From positions 60,459 through 124,458 of the forward strand of contig QMRC01000004.1 in the NCBI GenBank assembly GCA_003649205.1: 64,000 nucleotides of DNA. The letters run 5' to 3'. How positions within the stretch are numbered: the stretch's first letter is position 1; the number at the start of each line of letters is the position of its first letter. The notes under the pieces were generated by a model. That model was not told the origin of the DNA and ran no database searches. It worked only from the letters and a program-made list of their open reading frames with translations. Positions 59,101-64,000 of the stretch are shown in pieces. This stretch comes from Thermoprotei archaeon (GTDB lineage Archaea; Thermoproteota; Thermoprotei; Thermoproteales; B15-G16). A program made the translations under genes and the position numbers.

Positions 59101-60661
59101 GATTCCTGAATTCGACCTTTCAATGTTTGTTTCAACAAAAGTACTCATTGAAAGCACAGCTCACAATTCTCTTTACTTTCAATGTTTGTTTCTGAGGGAT
59201 CTAAAGACGGGCAAGGTACTGATGATCACGCTGTTCAGCTTTCAATGTTTGTTTCAATTTTGGGCTCCTCCGAAATTTGTGGTACAAAACATGAGAAAGA
59301 CAGTAAGCTTTCAATGTTTGTTTCATGGCAACCATTGCGGAGTTTTGCTTTATTGTATCGTTTATGTTCTCTTTCAATGTTTGTTTCTTTGCCGTTAGAG
59401 TTCAGATACAACAAGTTTGGTGCACTGAGAGACGTGTTCTTTCAATGTTTGTTTCAGTACGTGAACTAGTTGATACATTCGACATATACACTGATGAAGT
59501 GATGCACTTTCAATGTTTGTTTCGAGGTATCGAGAAAAGTACACAGTGTACGAATTCGAACTAGAGCTTTCAATGTTTGTTTCTGAAGAAGAAACACTTC
59601 TACGTGAACTACAAGACCTAGTCAACTTTCAATGTTTGTTTCTTCTTTCAATGTTTGTTTCATGAGCGAGTTGTGGCATGGTGGGTTCCGCACGTAGAGA
59701 AGCTTTCAATGTTTGTTTCACCTGGTGGTAGGTACGTTGCGAACCTACCTTCAGGTGCTCTAACCCTGCTTTCAATGTTTGTTTCGTTAATGACTTAGTT
59801 TATTCAATTATTACAAAACCAAGAGCATATACTTTCAATGTTTGTTTCGGAACAAACAAAATTTTACGACGGTTTGGATGAGGAAATTCACCTTTCAATG
59901 TTTGTTTCGCACTTAGAAGATTAGCTGATGAACTAGAGAAGAAAACTTTCAATGTTTGTTTCACTCAAAGAGAAAGTTGTGTATCACGCAATGATCAGAG
60001 TCTTTCAATGTTTGTTTCGATAGAAGCTCTACTCCTAGGATTGCTGAGTGGTGAACCAGCAATCCTAGTATCCCCTTTCAATGTTTGTTTCGAGAGAGTA
60101 CTAACCTGTAGAGAAAGTAGAGAGAAACCAAATTACTACGTGTGTGCTTTCAATGTTTGTTTCTTTCTATGCTGCTGCGGGGTCATTAGTTGTAGGGCTT
60201 TGTGTCTTTCAATGTTTGTTTCAGAGAGATATTGAGCACTACGTCAATGACTACGTAGGTGCCTTTCAATGTTTGTTTCTTTGCCGTAAGACAACGACCA
60301 TCCAGCACGGAGACAATATGTGCGACTTTCAATGTTTGTTTCCAGAAAGGGTGTACCCAGTGTATGAAAAGTGTAGAAGTGGCTTTCAATGTTTGTTTCG
60401 AGAAACTCATAAATGTCACTGTGCCTGACCCAAGTGCTTACCACACTTTCAATGTTTGTTTCTCGTAGTGTTATCGCTAAGTCAAATCCATGGATTAAAG
60501 ACTTCTTTCAATGTTTGTTTCAAGCTGTTGGTGGGAGAGCACCAATGTGATCACCTTCAACTAGCTTTCAATGTTTGTTTCTAGAGAAATACCTATCGAC
60601 ATGTTTGAGAGGTACGTACTGTCACAAGTCACCTACCTTTCAATGTTTGTTTCTTTGCCGT
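56154..60661 (-). CRISPR. CRISPR array, about 73 repeats GAAACAAACATTGAAAG (17 bp; five copies extended to 25 bp) and about 72 spacers
   Basis: Invariant + strand CTTTCAATGTTTGTTTC from 56154 to 60653, mean period about 62 bp, unique spacers 37-62 nt. ATTGAAAG 3' handle and a leader on the right set minus-strand orientation. Flanked by cas6, cas2 and cas1. Confidence 0.97.
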
Positions 60662-60800
60662 AGACCATGACTGGTTCCTGTGTTCTACTTGTTTTGCTTG
60701 TTTTTGTGGTTTTCTCATGATTGTTTGCTCTCTTGCAATATTTTACCTTTGTCAAATGTGCTTCTGCCCGATATGTCCTATATTTAAACCTTACCTATTG
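60662..60800 (-). promoter_or_regulatory. CRISPR leader with TATA box
   Basis: Non-coding AT-rich segment next to the terminal repeat. TTTAAATA on the minus strand at 60781-60788. Confidence 0.7.
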
Positions 60801-60827
60801 TTCCTGTGATGGTTCTGGTATTTAAGC

Positions 60828-61643
60828 TTGTCTCTGGATTTATTTTTGTTTGGGTTGGTGTTTATTTGGGTTGAGTTGTCTGTGTTTGTGGGGGTTGGTT
60901 TTTCCTTGGTTTCTGTTAGGTGGTTTCCTGGTTTGGTTTTGTTATCTTATCTTGGTGGTCTTGATGTTGGTGATGGTGTGAGGTTGTTTGGTGGTGGTTT
61001 TAGGTCTGTTGTTGGTGAGTGGTGTGGTTGTGGTTTGTGTTGGGTTGATGGTGATTGGGTTTTTGCTACTGGTCTCTGTAGGTCTCTTTATCGTGTTGGT
61101 TTGCCGAGTTGGTTGAGGGGTGGTGGTAGGGTTTGGGTTGTTTGTGTTGGTGTTGGTGATGTGTTGTCTAGGGTTGGTTTTGTTGATGTTGGTGGTGTTT
61201 GGTTGTGTCTCTATAATTGGTTGTTGGTGAGGTTTCTTGTTGGGGGTGGTTTTGTGGATTTTGTTGGTGTTGGTAGGGTTTCTCGTTGTTTCTCGAGTGT
61301 TTGGGTTGGTCGTTGGTTGGTTTGTTGGCCTAGGACTTTTCTTAGGTTTGGTGTTTGGTGGTTGGGTGAGTGTTGTCGTAGGTTTAGGGGTGGTGATTGG
61401 TGGGGTGGTGTTCGTGGTCTTCGTTCCTGTATTCGTTACCTTGCTTACTGTTGTGAGGGTGTTGGTGCTCGTGATCTCGTTGCTGAGCTCCGTAGGTTAC
61501 ATGGGTGTGTGAGGTATCTCTCTCCTGGTTCTGAGGTTGCTCATGTGTTGGGTAGGGTTTCCTCAATTTGTGAGTACTTGTGTGAGGTGCTTGGTCTTGG
61601 TCGTGAGGTTCTTCGTGATGTACGATCTCTCTTCTCTCGATGA
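60828..61643 (+). CDS. hypothetical protein upstream of and overlapping cas2 (C-terminal helical, possibly HEPN/PaREP1-like)
   Basis: 271-aa ORF with extreme G/T bias. TATTTAAG at about 60819. C-terminus G-D-W...LA...LRRLH..LSP..V. Start uncertain. Confidence 0.5.
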   Translation: MSLDLFLFGLVFIWVELSVFVGVGFSLVSVRWFPGLVLLSYLGGLDVGDGVRLFGGGFRSVVGEWCGCGLCWVDGDWVFATGLCRSLYRVGLPSWLRGGGRVWVVCVGVGDVLSRVGFVDVGGVWLCLYNWLLVRFLVGGGFVDFVGVGRVSRCFSSVWVGRWLVCWPRTFLRFGVWWLGECCRRFRGGDWWGGVRGLRSCIRYLAYCCEGVGARDLVAELRRLHGCVRYLSPGSEVAHVLGRVSSICEYLCEVLGLGREVLRDVRSLFSR

Positions 61644-61893
61644 GGGTAGGAGGCGTAGGGTTTTGAGGTTGTTTAGGGATTTTGGTGGTGTTAGAAGGCA
61701 GCTCTCTGTTTGGGAGTTTGCTCTTCCTGATGATCCTAGAGTTGTTGGGAAGTTCATTCGTCGTCTTAGGTACTTTGCTAGGGTTTACAGGGTTCGGTTT
61801 AGGGTTGTTTACCTATGTGAGAGGTGTTACAGGTCTATTATTGAGATTGGTTTACCTATGTGGAGTGAGGAGGTTGGTGAGGAGGTTCTCTAG
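61603..61893 (+). CDS. cas2: CRISPR-associated endonuclease Cas2
   Basis: From GTG 61603: MRFFVMYDL...RRRRVLRLFRDFGGVRRQLSVWE...YLCERC....IG. Confidence 0.9.
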   Translation: MRFFVMYDLSSLDEGRRRRVLRLFRDFGGVRRQLSVWEFALPDDPRVVGKFIRRLRYFARVYRVRFRVVYLCERCYRSIIEIGLPMWSEEVGEEVL

Positions 61894-62817
61894 CTTTGGT
61901 ACGTAGGGTCTCTTCTCCTGTATGCAGTTCTTTAGTTCTTGAATTTCCTCCTGTATCCACTTCTCTAGCTCTATTCCTCCAATTGGTCTTGTTAGGTGGT
62001 ACCTCAGTAGCTTCATTAGTCTCTGCTTCGTGTAGTTGCTTAGCTTTACTGCTCCTGTACTCTCAACTTCGTAATCATCCTCTCTAATCTCTCTTGTCTT
62101 TGCTAGTTGTGTTGCTAAGTACTCTGTCGTTATTGGTTTGAAGAGTTCTGCTATGTCTAGACTTAGGCTTGGTCTCTTCCTGTATAGTCTATGGAGGTAG
62201 CCTACCTGTGGATTGAGTTTGCTTGCTGCTATGTATGTGGTTAGTAGTTTGTAGAGTAGTGTGTTGAGGTAGCTTATTACTGCGTTTACCGGGTCTCTTG
62301 GCGGTCTTCTTGTTCTTCCTCTGAAGTTGTAGGTGCTTGGTACTACTTGTCTTAGGTATTGGAAGTATGTCTTAGCTATTTTAGCCTCTACTTGACGTAC
62401 TTTCTGTACTGTGTCTACGGTCCATAGCTTCTCTACGTACTTGCTCACATCACCTAGGTACTGTTGCTGTAGTTCTCTGCTGTGGTATCGTAGGTGTAGT
62501 GTTTTTGCTAGGTGTGATGTGTGGACTATGTGTTTTGCTGTTTCGAGTCTCCACCTCTGGTCTAGGTACGTCTCTAGTTGATGCTTTAGCCACTTTACTT
62601 CGTCTATTGTTGGTATTGCTGCTACTCCTTTACTGCTCTTGAACAGTATCTTTACTCCGCTTCTGTAGAGGTTTCCTAGTGTTGCTAGGTCTATGAGTCC
62701 TTCACCTACGATCTCTATGACTGTGTACTGTCTCGGATCCACTACCTCTCCTGTCTCTAGTCTCAGTACGTTGTTTGCTAGTTTGTAGCCGTATGTCTTT
62801 AGGACTAGTACCCTCAT
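61852..62817 (-). CDS. cas1: CRISPR-associated integrase Cas1
   Basis: EAKIAKTYF, FRGRTRRPPRDPVNAVISY, GYLH, SLSLDIAELFKP. Catalytic E/H/E intact; N-terminal domain divergent. Confidence 0.95.
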   Translation of the reverse strand: MRVLVLKTYGYKLANNVLRLETGEVVDPRQYTVIEIVGEGLIDLATLGNLYRSGVKILFKSSKGVAAIPTIDEVKWLKHQLETYLDQRWRLETAKHIVHTSHLAKTLHLRYHSRELQQQYLGDVSKYVEKLWTVDTVQKVRQVEAKIAKTYFQYLRQVVPSTYNFRGRTRRPPRDPVNAVISYLNTLLYKLLTTYIAASKLNPQVGYLHRLYRKRPSLSLDIAELFKPITTEYLATQLAKTREIREDDYEVESTGAVKLSNYTKQRLMKLLRYHLTRPIGGIELEKWIQEEIQELKNCIQEKRPYVPKLENLLTNLLTPHR

Positions 62818-63971
62818 GTTGGGTGTACCTCTAGTGGTGTTGGTACTGGTGTGAAGTTTAGCTCTACATCACCTAGGTGTACTGGATTTACTTCACTTGC
62901 GAAGTTCTTCAGTACCTCACTATATAGCTCAGCCGTTACGTGTAGTTGTTTTAGTAGGTTGCTGTAACCCATCTTCTTGAGCTCTGTCGTAGTTAGTACC
63001 TTCCTAAGGTTTTTCAGTTGTACCTCCACTACTCTACCTCTCCTATCCCTTACGGTTGCAACCTCTCTATCAGGTGATACCTCCAGTACTGTCACTAGAG
63101 TTCCTGTTGTTAGTCCTAGTGTAGCTACTTGTCCTCTTAGTTCATGTACATCTGTACCTCTCTCGATTAAAGTATCTAACGTTTCGTTGCTAACTACTCT
63201 GTGCTTGAGCACTATGGATATGCATGGTCTCATCTCCTCTATGAAGTATGTGTGTAGCCAGTACATTCTATGTACTGTGACGTGTTCGTCCTGGTATATC
63301 GGTACTGGGTGTAGTGCTCTTGTACCTCTAACTACGTAACCTAGTTCTCTCAGTCTACGTCTAATACCTTCGTACACTATTTTTCTCAGTGCTCTCTCCA
63401 TGTCTATGTCGTGACTTGGTTTCTGTGAGTATAGGTACTCTAGACCGTAGTCACGCTGTATGCTTGGTGGTATTCTGCAGTAGGTTACTACTATGTTGCT
63501 TCTGTAGTGTGTTACTGGTGCCTGTAGGGTGTTCGTTAGCTCTCTACATAGCTTAGCTACTTCACTGAGTTGCTGTGTGGTTAGTGGTGGTTTGTAGTTA
63601 ACTAGTTTGTAGTGGTGAAGTGGGTACTGACTGAGATCTTCATCTGCTACTAAGGTACTGAGTACAGGTACTACGTAACCTATCTTCGTAACTAGTTCAC
63701 TAACTATGTTCTCAAGTACTTGCTGTATGTGACCTACGTACCTGTCCTCTACCTGAAGCTCAATACATAGCTTAGTCCTACTCTCCTCCTCATCTACTCG
63801 ATAGATTGCCTCTACCTTAGCTACATCTCCTACCTCCTTCACGAATCTACTCATCATCTCCTGTATTAGCTCGGTACTTCGTTCTCTCGGTAAGTACTTT
63901 CTCAATGTAGCTAGGTCTACCTCGATAGTTAGTGTTTTACCTACCTTCCTTATCCTGTAGTACCTAACCAT
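62814..63971 (-). CDS. putative stand-alone Argonaute N-terminal lobe (N-L1-PAZ*-L2) with an extra ~100-aa N-terminal domain
   Basis: HYKL..., APV..., ERALRKIVYEGI...LGYVV, VTVHRMY, PCISIVLKHRVVSNETLDTLI, LKNLRKVLTTTEL, LNFTPVP resemble pAgo N/L1/L2 segments (TtAgo from memory: ..DPAHRILCEMSLEAWL..LLVPVLTLEDL). Ends with no MID/PIWI. Confidence 0.55.
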   Translation of the reverse strand: MVRYYRIRKVGKTLTIEVDLATLRKYLPRERSTELIQEMMSRFVKEVGDVAKVEAIYRVDEEESRTKLCIELQVEDRYVGHIQQVLENIVSELVTKIGYVVPVLSTLVADEDLSQYPLHHYKLVNYKPPLTTQQLSEVAKLCRELTNTLQAPVTHYRSNIVVTYCRIPPSIQRDYGLEYLYSQKPSHDIDMERALRKIVYEGIRRRLRELGYVVRGTRALHPVPIYQDEHVTVHRMYWLHTYFIEEMRPCISIVLKHRVVSNETLDTLIERGTDVHELRGQVATLGLTTGTLVTVLEVSPDREVATVRDRRGRVVEVQLKNLRKVLTTTELKKMGYSNLLKQLHVTAELYSEVLKNFASEVNPVHLGDVELNFTPVPTPLEVHPT

Positions 63972-64000
63972 CGCTACTGAGATTTACTTAAAGATATATC

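Noticed and set aside
56218-60468. Many short ORFs with repeating MFVS / FNVCF / FQCLF / ETNIES motifs
   Set aside because: They are translations of the CRISPR repeat, not proteins.
61237-61566. Alternative-frame ORFs (V/G/F-rich on +, H/Q/N-rich on -)
   Set aside because: They are by-products of extreme G/T skew with no motifs.
61852-62817. Cas1 as a casposase (casposon)
   Set aside because: No PolB, terminal inverted repeats or C-terminal HTH extension, and cas2 and the array are adjacent.
1-64000. tRNA, rRNA, IS or integrase genes
   Set aside because: No cloverleaf, rRNA-length segment, transposase or tyrosine recombinase motif was recognised. The short rRNA- and tRNA-complementary stretches are sRNA guides.

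Overview
Chromosomal segment of a hyperthermophilic crenarchaeon, probably Thermoproteales-related: it has a ThermoDBP-type ssDNA-binding protein, rpl14 outside its usual operon, and paREP15-like genes. About 1-50 kb is mostly housekeeping (KaiC-like ATPase, NAD(P)HX repair enzyme, thiI/thi4, nucS, geranylgeranyl reductase, tpt1, DHH nuclease, an Opp-type ABC transporter, pheS/pheT/tyrS). Many intergenic gaps there hold a box C/D guide RNA (24 candidates), and one holds an H/ACA-like RNA. A radical SAM/SPASM gene has an unannotated 24-aa Cys-containing peptide ORF just upstream (candidate RiPP). The right end (50-64 kb) is an unusual CRISPR locus. It has cas6 and an array of about 73 repeats that are only 17 bp long; five copies, including the leader-proximal one, extend to 25 bp, and spacer length is very variable. 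cas2 and cas1 are convergent. cas1 is translationally coupled to a gene that looks like a stand-alone Argonaute N-terminal lobe (N-L1-PAZ*-L2, no MID/PIWI). Strand composition flips across the array regardless of gene direction. All family calls are from motif recognition by eye; no database searches were run, and counts were made by hand.
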